Assembly: GCF_006345805.1 (NCBI RefSeq)
Contig: NC_042998.1
Coordinates: 11,656,001-11,720,000 of the forward strand
Source: Octopus sinensis
Taxonomy: Eukaryota
Reading direction: 5' to 3'
Length of the DNA: 64,000 nt
The position numbers and the translations under genes are program-made. The stretch's first letter is position 1; every line of letters starts with the position of its first letter. Below, one piece after another: positions 1-13,997 of this stretch. The notes beneath the pieces were generated by a model. It was not told the origin of the DNA. It did not search any database and saw only the letters and a program-made list of their open reading frames with translations.

Positions 1-263
1 TAAAGAGGGCTTTTGGAATTTTATTGTTCCAAACAAATTATGAGAGCCTGATATACAGATACAAAAAAATCTTTAATAAAATGGATTAAATTTTAAAAAA
101 GCCATGTTGTCAATGTATATTTATGCCCCACATAAGTGTCGTCACACACACACATTGGTGAGTAAAGTTTGTTTGAAGCTGATGATTGACTGAGTAGTGA
201 TGATTACTCATTAGCTTAAAACAGATATATGTAAATATTTATATATATACACGCGTGCGTATG

Positions 264-296
<33 letters not shown>

Positions 297-520
297 ATCA
301 CCGTGATCACCGTGACCGACCAGGCCATCAGATGCTGCTACACATCGCTGGTCACAATGCACTTCGCATTGTTTTAGCCTTCAAATGACACCACCCCGCT
401 GGCTATATATATGCATGTATTAGAAAGCAAATTATTAATTCCAGTTTTCTGTAGCCATTGTAATTGTGTATATGGACAGATTGGCTGCTTGTTTTTCTGG
501 TTTTGGTCAAATTGATGTAG

Positions 521-564
521 ACACCTCTGATGAGAATCCAGTAAGATGTGAAAATTAAGGTTGT
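521..564 (+). ncRNA. Minimal type I hammerhead-like motif (Penelope pLTR type)
   Basis: acacct-CTGATGA-gaatccagtaagatgt-GAAA-at-TA-aggttgt. Stem I cct/agg, palindromic AATT stem III, lying between (TA)n tracts. Confidence 0.5.
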
Positions 565-647
565 TTTCAACCTATGGAGATATAGCTAGATTAGCCCTAT
601 TTATATATCTAATATATAGGTTACATATGTGTGTGCTTGTCCATGCA

Positions 648-709
<62 letters not shown>

Positions 710-1297
710 TTCAAAATTAAAATAAAGTTCTTTTTTAATCTAAAATATACTCTCCTTCATTTTCTACAATGCTTTTCCATCTATATAATAACTGTTAAAA
801 TCAAATTGCACTTGTCAAAACTTGTACTAAGAATAAGGACAAGTTAAAATTACTACCTACTTTTAAAGCAAGTTGATACAGGTAGTTTATCCCATTCCCC
901 TCCTATTTTTAGTTCATACAATTGTAAAAACTGCATTTATGGGGTGACCCAATTTATATATATGTGTGTGTGTGTGTGTGTGTCTGACTTCATCTTCCAT
1001 GCTGGCATGGGTTTGATAGGTTGACAGAAGCTGCTAAGCTTCAGGACTGCACCAAACTCCACTCTGTCTGCTTTGACATGGTTTGTACAACTGGATGCCC
1101 TTCTTTATGCCAACCATTTTATAGAGTGAATTGGATGTGTTTTACATAGCACCAGTGAAGTGAATACTCTTACATTCAAAATTTATTTTTAATAATTAAT
1201 ATCTTTGTGCATTGATAAACAAGTTTATAAACAAAATATCTAAAAAAAAACTAAAAATGATTTTAACAAAAAACCTTTTTTGTTTTTCAATTTTCAG

Positions 1298-1456
1298 AAC
1301 TCTGTAGTTTTGTGGAAGATGAAAGCTCCTGAAAAGAAACCTCTAGTACGGAGAGAAGATCCATCTGAACTAAAGGCTATTGTACGCAAAGGTGCTCAGA
1401 GGAAGCGCATACAACCTGTCAAAGCTCTGAATGAATTTACAGAATTAAGCATCTAA
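1298..1456 (+). CDS. Terminal coding exon of an unidentified host gene (NSVVLWKMKAPEKKPLVRREDPSELKAIVRKGAQRKRIQPVKALNEFTELSI*)
   Basis: Polypyrimidine tract plus ttttcag acceptor (AG at 1296-1297), then 52 open, non-repetitive codons ending in TAA at 1454-1456. Protein not recognised. Confidence 0.75.
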   Translation, partial: NSVVLWKMKAPEKKPLVRREDPSELKAIVRKGAQRKRIQPVKALNEFTELSI

Positions 1457-2902
1457 ATCTCCTGTTTGCTGGTTGTGGATGAGTTGCAGAAGAAAAAGAA
1501 AATGACTGTATTTTAGTAATCATCATCATTATCATCATCAAGAAATACATAGTGCTTGGAAATATCACATTGTTTACAAATATATAATTGGTTTTATAAT
1601 GTATTAAAGATTAAAATTTGTGAACAACGTATGTATGTATGTATGTATGTATGTATGGATATGTGTGCATGTACATAAGATCGTCTGACTTACTGTCTGA
1701 TTGATAGTTACAAAGAATTATAAACAATGTTTTTGCCTGAAAAAAGAGATGTTAAAGGTTCCTGATCAACAAATTTTATTTCGAATATTCTGAAAGTGTT
1801 AAACATAGGCATCTGACTATCTTGTTAAACTATAATGAAGTTGTGTTGCTTGATGTCATATTGAAAAGTTTCTGACTGTTTGTGTCCTTTTCTTAGAATG
1901 AAACAGGAGGCCACAAACTGTGTGGAACTGGTTGTTATTTAAGTAATAGACCCTTCACCTCTCCAGAGCACAGTTGTAAACTACAGGCGATGAAGCCCTA
2001 ACATGTTTTGGTACTATTGATATTGTTGCAGTTGCCAGAACCATCCAGGATTGTCTGACTTATTTGAAATATGGTGTGATATGATGTGATATTACAGTGG
2101 GTCGGGGAGCTTATTCTCACATCTGTTCTATAATGCATTTCTTAGTTTGACACAAAGGCTTTTTGAAGTGGTGTCAGATCCAGTTGAATTTTCTTCAATA
2201 CATGCCTCATATTTTAACCCCAAGTGATAAAAAAAGACAGTTTTAGCAAGATTTGAATTCTAAATGTGAAGGGACAAAACTAACAAAATCCTAGAGTTCA
2301 TTACATTGGGTTTTATATCCACTTCACATGGGAATACAGAAGAATTTATAATGGTGCAGAAGATGATTCATACAGTAGAGCACACAATTAAACAGTTTGT
2401 ACTATTTAGTTTCATCCCTAGAGGTTTTGAGATTAAATCTTGCTCAAATTAATTTGGTTTTAATTTTTTTCAAGGTTGATTAAAAAATTATTAATAATAT
2501 TAGCTACATACTGGAATTGAATCTCTTTTAAAAATTTGACTTTGTGCCTAGTCAGAAAGAATTGGTACAATGGTAAAAGACATTGTTACTGTTTTGAAAT
2601 GGCTTTTCAAGATGCTGCGTAGTTGGTGCCAAAGCAGTAAGGTGCTTTATGCCACAGGATTCATGTTGATAAATTAGCATTTGATACCAACTCTTGTACT
2701 ATGTTGTTAAATGAGACACTTTTCTATCATTATGAAATTATTTAATCCTAAGGATATGACAATTACTAACACTGTTTCTCTATTATTAAAGACAAGTACA
2801 TTTTTTTTTTGAAAAATACAAAAAAAGCTTAAAATTAAAAAAAAATCTGAATCTCAACAAAGAAAAGTATATTTATATGTACATCTGTAATGTATGTACA
2901 TT

Positions 2903-2979
<77 letters not shown>

Positions 2980-2984
2980 AATAA

Positions 2985-3150
2985 AACGTGATGGAGCATG
3001 TCCTCACTTGATAGTGAAGTGATAAGATGCTGGTATAATTACTTTGTAAGGGTTAAAGCAGCTTGTTCTTACAGAACAATAAGAGAATAAAATCATTTGA
3101 ATATCCTGGAATGGAATATGAGCCTGTTCTAGAATAGGTTTTGTTACACC
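2985..3150 (-). pseudogene. Degenerate Penelope-like GIY-YIG C-terminal remnant
   Basis: Minus-strand fragments KPILEQAHIP and LLLFCKNKLL resemble the PLE endonuclease end. Adjacent to (TA)n. Confidence 0.3.
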
Positions 3151-6100
3151 CACTAATGCATATAAGAAATGCATATAAGAAATGCATAAATGTAACACCA
3201 TCACATTTTCCCCTCTCTGCTTACAATCTTGTAGTTTCAGCTACACTTATTAATATCCTTGAAGGCTTTGTGACAGAATTACATCCCAGTTTCTCTTAGA
3301 GCTAGGCATGAAGAGGACACACTAACCCTAATCCTCTCCACTTACACAGCATCTGCTACATTTACTTAAGTACATGTGAAAAGTATGAAAGCCACACAAT
3401 CACATTCCTTCTATTCATGCAGTTCAAATGAGTTGGCTACATACAGCAATGTACTTGAGAAAAGTGTAACAGCATTTGCTATCTCCTTCTGAAGACTTGT
3501 ATCTAAGTAAGAAGTAGGTATATTTCGAGGACGTTTGTTGTTGTTATAATAGATTTATGATGATTCTTACAATGCCAGAAATTTTCTCCATTTTTTTTTT
3601 TTTTTCAGTTGCCTGTATTTCACCTCTTATTCACTGAAGTTTATTTTATAATTTTGGCTTTGTGACAAGGCACAGACTTCTACAGAATATATTACTTATT
3701 GTCAATTACTTCTTTGATCTGATCTTCAGTTAAAACACATACACACATGCACACATTATACCTAGATGTTTATGTATTCAAGAATGCATTTACTTAAAAA
3801 TAAGCAAATATACCTTTACAGGTACATAGACATATTTACACAAATACAAATGCACTCAAAGCAGTAATGCATGCACACTACTTGGTTGTCATGAAGTTTT
3901 CTGCTGGTGTAAATACTTTTCTTTTTTTTTTAATCTCTTTTCTACAGTTGTCATATCAGTTTTGTCTAACTTTATCATTACAGTTGCAGTATTCAGATGT
4001 CTTAAATATAACTTAATTTTTTTTTTTTTTTTTTAAATTTCTGTTTTAAATTTATAGATCCACTCACCGAACCATATTGGGGCTTTTCTGTGTCTCATGG
4101 GACCATAAATCTGCACCTGCAAAGTTTCTAAGTTGCTGCAGGTCAGGGTAAACTTTTTTTTATTCTGGAAGATCAACAACAGTTACCCATGCACACAAAT
4201 TCCCCTTCTCAGTGCCATTGTTGTCAAAGGGAAAGACGGGGCAAAGCAATTTGGCATCACCCTTCACTGGCATTGCTATCATTATGCAAAGAGCTAGGAT
4301 GGATACTGCTAATTTTCCTAAGAACTCAGTCTATCTGGTCTGGCCTGACTTGCTTTGGTACTTTATCAGTGCTGAATGGGTGAAAGGCAAAGTTGACCTC
4401 AGCAGGATTTAATTTTTTTTTTTTTTTTTTTTAAATAAAGCAAACTTATTTTCTATCTAAGTAAAGGTGATGTGGGAATAAACTGCACATTGTTTATATG
4501 AAAGCATCAACCTTCAAGAAATCAGTAAGTTGTAGACAAAAGGATTTACCTCCCTTGAAGGCATTAAAATCCTGCTGTGATCAAATTTACTTTTGCACCC
4601 ACCCACCCCAACTGACTATTCTCCCTCACTGCATTTGCTCCTGTGTGACACTGTACAAAAAGATTATTTTCAAGGTATCGGTATAGCAGAAATTGCAGTA
4701 CTAGACTAAGTGTCAAATAGAATTTATTTGATTTTTAAAATATTTTTTAATGTATTTATTTGCATTTAAATCATTGGTTTTTTTTCTTGGGCTTTTATTT
4801 GTATAAAGTTGACAATAGATACTATGTATATGGTTAATTTGTTAGGATATATCCCTTCCCTGCAAATCTATATCTTTGTGCCAATGTGTGAAAGTATTAT
4901 TAGTGCCTTTTGAGTGGCTGAATACGTAGTGCACTACTCTTAATCTGTTGTATTTAATCTTGGCTCTTTATGATACAAGTTCAAATCTCAAGATAGACTT
5001 TGTTTTTCATCTTCCTGGTATTTAGTTTACAATCCCACCCTTAACTGCAACCTGTATTCTTTCCCAAGGTTAGAAATTATTGAAATTCCTACCTTTTCAT
5101 GTTAACAGAATTGATTGAACAAGTACTAACGAAGTGCTTGTTTTTATATAATTGACTAAACCCTCCTCACAAAATTCCTCATCTTTAACCTATGTTTGTA
5201 ATTATTGTTATTATTGATATGTTTTAGGTTTTTGGCTCAAATATTTCACAATATTTGTTTTGAGATTCTTAACAAGAAGCTTATCTTGTGTTAATGATTC
5301 CTTCTCCACCATGTATCTTGTCAAGTTGATTGCTACAGTTAGACAAAAATAAAAAACAAAAAATATTCTCAATCGTTTTTTGTTTTTAATATCACTTAGT
5401 GATCGTTATCTGACATTGATTATCTCCTTTCCTTTTCAATAGCTATTACTAGAAGATAAAGTTTGATTGCGAGTTGACAATCTCCATCTCTTATTTCACC
5501 TTATGTCTTGTATGTGTTTGTGTATGTATTTGTCCCCACCACTTCCGAGTCAGAATTGGTATAATATATTTTAATGCTTTCAGACACTGAAATTGTTGCT
5601 GTCATTATAGTAACCTCAGCTGATTCTGCTTTCAATGATCTATGATATGACAGCAGCTGGTAGAATGAATGTTTCTTTTTATTTATTTATGACTTCCTCA
5701 CCTATATATATATATGTGTGTATATATATTTAGGATTGTTCCAAGATTTATAGCATAAAGCCTAAATTCTAAAGACAGTAGGTAATAAATAGGGTGGTTA
5801 TAGCTAGCTGATTTTATAATAAAGGTCAGCTCTATGATACCCTTTAGTTTTTTTTTATTTCATTTTGACTCTGCTAATGGTTCTAGCAAAGATCATGATA
5901 AAATACTTGTGGCAGAAAAGTATACATAAACTATGAGGTTAATGTGCTTGAACATTTGCTAATATACAGGTCAGGTGCTTAGATTTTATGACAAGCAGCT
6001 TATATTTCTCCTTACTGTTTAGTGAAAAATTAGATGCCAAGTCAGTGAAACTGAATAGTTAGTTATATAGCATGGTGTTTGCTTAGAAATCTTTTTTTTA

Positions 6101-8166
6101 AACTTATGTTGTGAGGACTGTTATATAAGATTGTTATTAAATGTGGACCTGACTGTTCAGACCATTTGAAGCAAGAAAACTGCTTTACATGGTCTGTATG
6201 CATGAAGTTTAATATTTTGGGGCTGTTATATTTCTTTGTTTCTCAACAGCTATTGCTCCAATTTGGAATATAAAGAAACAGGAAGCACGTTCTCTGGATG
6301 ATGCTTTTGATGGGAGATCCAAGCATGTCTCTGAAGCTTATATCTTTTAATCATTAATAAATTGCTTTTCTCTAGTTCATCACACATAAGTAGTTTTGTC
6401 AAGTGTCTCTTTACCTATTTATGTTTTATAGCAGCCACTTAAGATAATCAAGAATAAACATTTTGAATGTTCACTAAATATTGGCTCTTTAAGGTCTATA
6501 GCATTTAAAACCATGCTTTATCTATTTATTTTAATAGTTCCATAAAAACTGGTAATGGTTTAATTGTTTAGTACAGAATTTATTCAGTTGCTTAGCATGT
6601 CTTCCATTCAAACAGTGTATTGATTACCTGGCTGGTTTGGCTACCTTTAAATATATTGTTAGAATTCTGCTTAGCTAGTTGTTGTTGGCCTTGATAGACA
6701 GACTAATCCTGTAATGTTTAATATATCTTGCATTTCAAATTCTTTTCTGTGAAGATTGTAACAAAATATGAAATGTGAATGAGCTCTAAGAATGAATTTT
6801 TTACATTTGTTGTGTGTATGTGTATGGAGATAAGATGTTAGAAAATTTAATTTTTCCATATCAAATATTTGCCTTACCCTGAAATAAGTTAGAAAGTATT
6901 GATAATATTTATTTATTTTTTTTGTGTATTGATTGAATCATTATAGATTAAAGATTGTAGTACATGCCTCCACCTGAATAAAACATTTTGCTCAGTTGTT
7001 ATGGTTACCTCACCTGACTGAAGTTTCTAAGGTTTTTTTTAGATTCTTGCTATTGGCATACCTTTATAAAATAGAGCATATACAATTGCTCAAAACTTTT
7101 TATTTGACCAATCATTATTCCAAAGACCTTGTATGAGATGAGCTATTACTGAATTAGCTCAACTATTTTACGTTGTATATTCCAGTGTGAAGGATTTCAT
7201 AAAATGTCCTGTAGTTTCTCAGCACCTACATATTTTAAGTATTATTTATATGGAAAATTGTTTCATTCACATGTATACATAAACACACATTTGTATGTGT
7301 GTGTGTGTATATAACACAAATATTTTTATTGTGTTTTGTTAGGAATTGGAACACAATACCAGAATTTCAACTCAAATTGTTAGAGTATCTGCCTAAATGG
7401 CATCAAGACTTGCAAGTTTGGCATTGAGTTGTGTTAGTTGTAAGAATGAAGTCAAATGATTTCAAAATATTTCATTTATGTTTGCGTATTATATGATAGG
7501 AATTGCAACCACTATGTTAAACCTTTGCTTTAACTGAGGAAGGTTTATATAATGGATGCAACTTCCTATTTTATATTACACAAATCTGAAACATACTTAT
7601 TGAATGATTTTTCAAAATATCACTATTTGGTTTGACTTCTTTATTGCAAATAATATATATATATATATAAATCTGTGTTGATGCCAGAGTATCTAATTTT
7701 ATAAATCATAATCATACAACTTAAGTAGGGTAGATATGACATATATGTTTCTCTTTTCTAGCTAACTCTTTTAAAAACAACTTATATTAAAATTGGTTTG
7801 ATTTGCATACCTTGCTTTTGCAGATCTTGTGCTTCTAATATATATATAAAATTTTGTGCACATACACAATTGCTTTAGTCTACCCCAATTAATTTTCTTT
7901 CTTTCTATCAAGTTGTATAACATTCAAGACTAATGTTTTTATGACTTGATAGATGCAAAGTAGCTCTATGGAGTACTGATGAAATACAGTTTCAGAAGAA
8001 TTTTTTATCACAGCCTCTTGTGTATTTAAGTTGCATTTCTTAAATAGGCTGCTGCTTAAGGTAGTAGTGGAGATCATCTATCTCTGCCTTAGCTGCAATC
8101 TTATTCAGTTGATTGAGATGATATGACTGAATATCAATACAAATTTGAACTAGACATTCTAATTTG

Positions 8167-8620
8167 GTGGTTCTTAACCTGGGCAGTAAGCCCCTTCTTG
8201 CAGACGAAAAGAGGGTAGCAAATATCAAGGGGTGCACTAGAGAGTGGAGTCATGGTTCCTTTCTTAGAAATAACCTGAATACTCAGATTTTAAACACACA
8301 CAAAAAAAAACAAACTGATTTAAAACATAAATTGGACATTGTGTTATTTGTAAACAGAAACTTGAATGATAATGTGCCAAGGTCCAATATTATTTTACTA
8401 TATATGTCCTCATCTTCCTTAGTTATTTCCTGAAATGTTTAACATAAAGAGCACCGGTCATGCAAGTCTCTAAAAAGTGGCACCTACTGAATGAGATAAA
8501 CTACTATGCAAAATTAGCTTCTTTGATTAAAACGATTGAGCTTTTTCTCTTTTTGTATGTGTAAAAAGCCATTCCATGATCAATGAAAGGGGCTGCTAAG
8601 CCCACAAGGTTGAGAACCAC
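8167..8620. mobile_element. hAT-like MITE relic
   Basis: TIRs gtggttcttaacct (8167-8180) and aggttgagaaccac (8607-8620) resemble Charlie/MER5-type ends. Confidence 0.55.
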
Positions 8621-8830
8621 AAATCTAGTTATACATAGGTTCCCTTGTGTAATATGCACGTGCATAAACCCATACAAAGACTCATTTTGAATAGAAGGAG
8701 CAGTAAAATTTGAGTATTTACTTAGTCTGTAATGCAGAATTGAAGTCCAGGATTCAATGTTTGCATTGTTTCTAATTAACTTCTGGCAATGTAATTGACA
8801 GCAATGTTCTCTTAATATTTTTATTTGGAA

Positions 8831-9037
8831 AGGCAGCAAACTAGCAGAAATGTTAGCACTTTGGGCAAAATGTTTAGCAGTATTTCGTCTGTCTTTACCT
8901 TCTGAGTTCAAATTCTTCCAAGGTCGACGTTGCCTTTCATCCTTTCGGGATTGATAAATTAACAGTCAGTTGCGTACTGGGGTCAATCTAATCGACTGGC
9001 CCTTTCCCCCAAAATTTCGGACCTTGTGCCTAGAAAA
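8831..9037 (+). mobile_element. MetaSINE-type SINE (family A)
   Basis: tRNA-like head plus the gcctttcatcctttcggg...gataaatt core shared with many copies in the window. Confidence 0.8.
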
Positions 9038-10182
9038 GAAGAGGAGAGAATATTATTTGGAGCTGTCATCTTTGCGAAATTAATAATTCTAGAGAAAATT
9101 TTCTTGAACAATCTGTCTTCTTCCACTATCTCATAAAACTGACTTCATGTGTTAATGCTTTTTCTTTATCCTTCAAACTGTATTGGATCATCATAAGTAG
9201 ATTATTTTGAAAGTATGACTTCATTCCCACTCCACAGCAAAAATAACAGTCATCCTCATTATCATCATTCTCAATGTTGTTTTCATTGTGATCCTTCTTC
9301 AAAATTTCTGGCCTTGTACCTGTATCATTAACATTGATAAAAAAAAAAAAAAAAAAAACCCTATCAATTATCTTTTTCTCCAAGGTGACCGACTGATAGA
9401 ATTAGTAGATCATGGGGGGTAGTATTTAGTTATGTCCCTGAGCTCAAATCATACAAAGGTTGACATTGCCTTTCATCCTTCCAAGGGGTTAATTAAACTA
9501 TATATCAGTGAAGATTAGAATGTAGATTATCATTATACTACCCTCCACAAAAAACAAAAACAAACAAACAAAAAACAGCGAAACGAAATGGCATTGTGCT
9601 TATGTTAGAAATAGTTGTTTATTAATTAAAAATGGAGCCTATTTGGATTTATTCAAGATCTGTGGAGGAGTTCATTTCTATAATATATCAAAGGCATATT
9701 TACTTGGGATTAATGTTACTCAAAAGCTTTAAGAATTCACAATTTTACTTCTACATACATACATACAAAAATGTATGACTCTCTTGATATGAATTTATAT
9801 GCACAATGCATTGTCAGAAATCCCATATCTTTGTTATACTTTCCAGTATGCGTGGGTGTTTTTGTATTTTCATGTGATGAAATTCATTCCATATTTCTTT
9901 TTCGTTTTTTTATATGTATAATTGTTAGAAATTTAATATTTTACAATATTGTCTGCTCGAATTTAGTTTTGTCATATTTTAATGAAATAATATTTGTACT
10001 TTAGAAATAGCATTGTATTATTATTATTATTTTTTTTTTTTTTACTTTCTTTGCTTTATATTCATTCACACGCAGAGCTAATATTGAATCCTAATAAATG
10101 CCAGAATGTAGATTTAGCATTCATCTCTGATGAAAACACTGGGACATGGAAACTCAAAAATCTTAATTTTGATGTGGACAAA

Positions 10183-10420
10183 AATAAATATAACTGAAAA
10201 GAAAATGAAATTCAATAAAATATTTTTTTGCTGTATGAGAATTTTTGATAAATGAAAATCTTATTTTATTGTATAGTCTTTTTTTTTCTTGTTTTCTATT
10301 TGTCATGAAATCACTGGATATGTAGAGAGTATCTATATGTATTAAAAATCTGTATAAAACAAAGAAAATGGAATAAAACTATATGAAAACAAATTTCAGA
10401 CTTTTCATTTTATTTCACAT
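10183..10420 (+). terminator. Candidate polyadenylation signal cluster
   Basis: AATAAA at 10183, 10214 and 10372, with upstream TGTA motifs and downstream T-rich sequence. Coincides roughly with the end of CpG depletion. Confidence 0.4.
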
Positions 10421-12069
10421 TGAATTGATTATTCCTTTACCTACCACTCAAATGACAACACAACATCTCTCTCTCTCTTTCTCTCTTCCTTCCATCCAAC
10501 GATTTCTCAGAAAACAAAGGACAAGAGATTCTTTGATGTTCATGGCATTTGATGTTATGTAACTCTTCTAACATATTTTTGTAATAGATTAATTTTTGCT
10601 CATTGCTACCAGTTTCCTTGGTTTCCAGAATTTACCTTACCTTATTGTTGTCTCAGCAAAGCTCTGACTGAATTGATTTGATTGTATATGTTCTTGATGT
10701 AACCATTAAATCTAGGTTTTCTTTCCTTTTTCTTTTTTGTCAAACAAGGGGCAGGGTTCAGTCCCACAGTGCAACACCTTGAGCAAGTGTCTTCTATAGC
10801 TTCAGCACTGATCTGTGTGTTTGCCCCCTTTCCACGTAACAACTGGTCCCCATAACGTAGCAGTTTGGCGAAAGCGTCCGATATAGTAGGCACCATGTTT
10901 AAAAAACGAATACATGTTTAAAAAACGATTCATTGACTAAAATCCTTCAGAGTAACTCAGAATTAAAATGCTATGTTTCTGAATTTGGTAAAGCGTATAG
11001 ATAACAGTAATATATTTTGTTTCTCATTCAGTATCTGGGGATTTGTAAGGATTGGAAGAGCTCAGACAAATGACCATGTTTTATAAATTTAGATGGTATT
11101 TTAAACTTCACTACCATCATGATGGGGGGGAAAAAAAACGGAGTAAAAGTCCCTGAAGTCTTCTCAAAGGAAAGAAGAGAGGCAAAAACTTTTTACTTTT
11201 TTAAAATATGTTGGTAAGTAGGTAGTCTGGAATTTATCACTTGGAGGCCTATGGTAATGTCTTCTTTCTTTATCTGCTTCCTCTCAAACTTCTTTGACCA
11301 TATTTCACTAACGAGGCTTGGGGTGACTATGGTAAATAGTTGCTCGGGTTGCCATGCAATAGGGTCAAACAAGGACCTCTTGATATCGAAGTGAACTTAG
11401 TATCCATTCGACCAAGTTGCACTCGGTTCACACACATTCATTAATTGATTTTACGCTCTGTACTGATGTGAACGTTTACTGTAAAGTAAAAGCACTGTCA
11501 GACAACCTCCAACTTCTTTCTTCTCTTTTACGCAGCAGGAATCCACATAGCAGCAATACTTAACTATTTAAAGACTCACAGTTGAATAACTTCCTTCCCA
11601 TAAAGCCCAAGAACATAACGAAAGGTTCCTCTCGCGAATTTTAAAGGATGTCTCGATGCATTTCGCTTATTCTGATATCCCAGACTAACCATCTGGAATG
11701 TGTTAGAACTAGGATGGTGTAGACTTCATCAAAATACTAATTGAGCTAGAATAGACAAAACACCATGCAGTTTCCTGGAATATCATTAATAAAAATTATT
11801 TAAAGATAAGACTCCTTATCCTCCAAGGAATCAGAAGGCGCCGCTCATTTCTTGTCTCAACTATGATGATGTTTAAAAGGAATTCAACAATATATAGAAA
11901 TTACGATATGCATGCGCACGCGTGTTTAAAATTATGTATACATGTAGTCAGCATGGCAACATAAAGTAAAACTCTGTATATATATATATGTATATATACG
12001 TATGTGTGTGGTATATATATATATATATATATAATATATAATATATATATATATATAAAACATTACGTT

Positions 12070-12345
12070 ATATAATTAGGGTTCAGTAAAATAATTTACT
12101 TTACCACACACCGAACTTTTAGAAATACCAGCCAAAAAAATTTAGCTATTTCCTCTACTATAAGAAAAGTCTCCCAGACAATGTATACTCAAAAATAATT
12201 CACGCAGGTATAGATGGAAAAATATCGAAAGATCACACGTACATCGATTACTTGAGAACGCCGTTTCTGGATTAGTTGGATATAGAGATCAACATTTCCG
12301 TCATCAGCCCAAGATTTCTTTAGGTTTGAATAATAAACTATAGAC
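12070..12345 (-). mobile_element. Penelope-like pLTR with hammerhead motif, in (TA)n
   Basis: Homologous to the arms of the 41994-42284 hairpin. Contains the hammerhead at 12251-12313 and is flanked by TA repeats. Confidence 0.65.
12251..12313 (-). ncRNA. Type I hammerhead-like motif
   Basis: cttggg-CTGATGA-c gga..gttg..caac..tcc a-GAAA-cggcg-TT-ctcaag. 6-bp stem I, extended stem II, GUU triplet. Confidence 0.6.
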
Positions 12346-12352
12346 TATATAT

Positions 12353-12384
<32 letters not shown>

Positions 12385-12689
12385 ATATATATATATATAC
12401 TCACATAGGTTTGTGGATGGATCACGTTTGTATATATGTATGTGAGTATCTGTATACGTTTGTACATGTTTGTTGGTGTGCGCGTGTGAGACTGTGTGCA
12501 TCTTATTTCCATTTTTAGTTTAGCCCTAAAATTCATTAAGCTTGACATTTCATAAAAATGTCAAGTTTGCTTCTTATTACTTCTGTGTGAGTTTTACGAA
12601 CTTCAATTTTTATTACATTTGTTTTATATCTCTATTTTTAATCGCATGTGTATATTTGTTTTTTAATCGCATGTGTATGTATCTGTCTG

Positions 12690-13230
12690 TCTGTCATCCC
12701 TCATGGAGGCTTCACATTAAAACACTTTCTTAATCTGCATCCTGATCCTCAGCCTGGCCCCTCTACCCTCCTCCTTAAATTGCTTCTTGCTTCAGGTTTC
12801 GTGAGTGGCCATAGAAACGAGAATAGCCCCCAACTATGTAAACTTGTTTGTTGACTGCGTTGAGGCTCAAATATTCTCCCAGTTCACCGGTTCCACTCCC
12901 GGGCTATACGGTTGTTACGTCAACGACTGTATTGGTATGAACTCACTGAACTCTTCCTGTCTTTCGTCCAGTCCTTCAGTTCCACTCTTCAATTCTCCTG
13001 CTCTCTCTCCAAAACCTGTCAATTTTCTCGATATTTCCATTACCATCCACCACTCTACTCTTACCACAGACTCCCACCCCACTTCTCCTCCTACTCTGCC
13101 CACATCAAACTGTCCATCCTTTACTCTCATTTCCTCCGTCTCTGTTGGCTCTGTAGTGACAACCATGACTTCTAGACAATCCGAACTCGCCACCTCACCC
13201 AATGGGGACCACCCTACCACCGTTCTACCC
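12690..13230 (+). pseudogene. Penelope-like RT fragment
   Basis: AIETRIAPNYVNLFV...LYGCYVNDCIG, VNFLDISITI and LSILYSHFLRLCWLCSD match PLE RT motifs (GxAMGTxxAPxYANLF, RYIDD, SIPYSQFLRLRRICS). Frameshifted. Confidence 0.8.
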
Positions 13231-13309
13231 GTGCTCGATAGATATGTATATATACATAAATATATATATGAGAAATTAAAAAAGGAAAATACGCACACTT
13301 TAGGGCACT

Positions 13310-13462
13310 TAGGGCATTCAGCTCATGATCGTAAGGTCGTGAGTTCAATTCTCGGCGACGCGTTGTGTCCTTGAGCAAGACACTTTATTTCACGTTGCTC
13401 CAGTTCACTCACCTGGCAAAAATGAGTAGTACCAGTATTTCAAAGGGCCAGCCTTGTCACAC
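13310..13462 (+). mobile_element. CORE-type SINE fragment between 26-bp inverted repeats
   Basis: B-box gagttcaattc and gtgtccttgagcaagacacttt CORE motif. Inverted repeats at 13275-13300 and 13468-13493. Confidence 0.75.
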
Positions 13463-13585
13463 CATGTAAGTGTGCGTATTTTCCTTTTTTAATGTCTTAT
13501 ATACATTACAATCCACCACGTGGGGACAACCGAAATTCCTCTTTTCTGTATGTATATATATATATATATATTATATATGCGTGTG

Positions 13586-13907
13586 TGGAGCACTCCGTCG
13601 GTTGCGACAACGAGGGTCCCTCCTGATACGGTCAACGGAACAGCTTGCTCGTGAAATTAACGTGTAAGTGGCTGAGCACTGACCCATGTACCCATAACGT
13701 AGTTCTCAGGGAGATTCAGTGTGACACCGAGTGTGACAAGGCTGACCCTTTGAAATACAGGTACAACTCATTTTTGCCAGGTGAGTGAACTGGAGCAACG
13801 TGAAATAAAGTGCCTTGCTCAAGGATACAACGCATCGCCGGGAATTGAACTCACGACCTTACAATTGTGAGTTGAATGCCCCTAACCGCTAATCCACGCG
13901 CTTTCAC
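13586..13907 (-). mobile_element. CORE-type SINE (family B tail)
   Basis: tRNA-like head, CORE motif, and a 3' tail shared with 21814-22196. Confidence 0.8.
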
Positions 13908-13997
13908 GATATATATTTATGTGTGTGCATATATACATATGTGTGCATGTATATACAGTATATATATATATATTATATATATATATATATATATAAT

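Larger units (their letters stand above)
1457..10400 (+). other. Putative very long 3' UTR / CpG-depleted transcribed region
   Basis: Follows the stop codon. It is T-rich and visibly CpG-poor, and embedded SINE relics show CpG>TpG decay. It ends at a cluster of AATAAA signals. Confidence 0.45.

Noticed and set aside
1298-1456. Assigning a gene symbol to the terminal exon
   Set aside because: The peptide was not recognised with confidence; it needs BLASTP.
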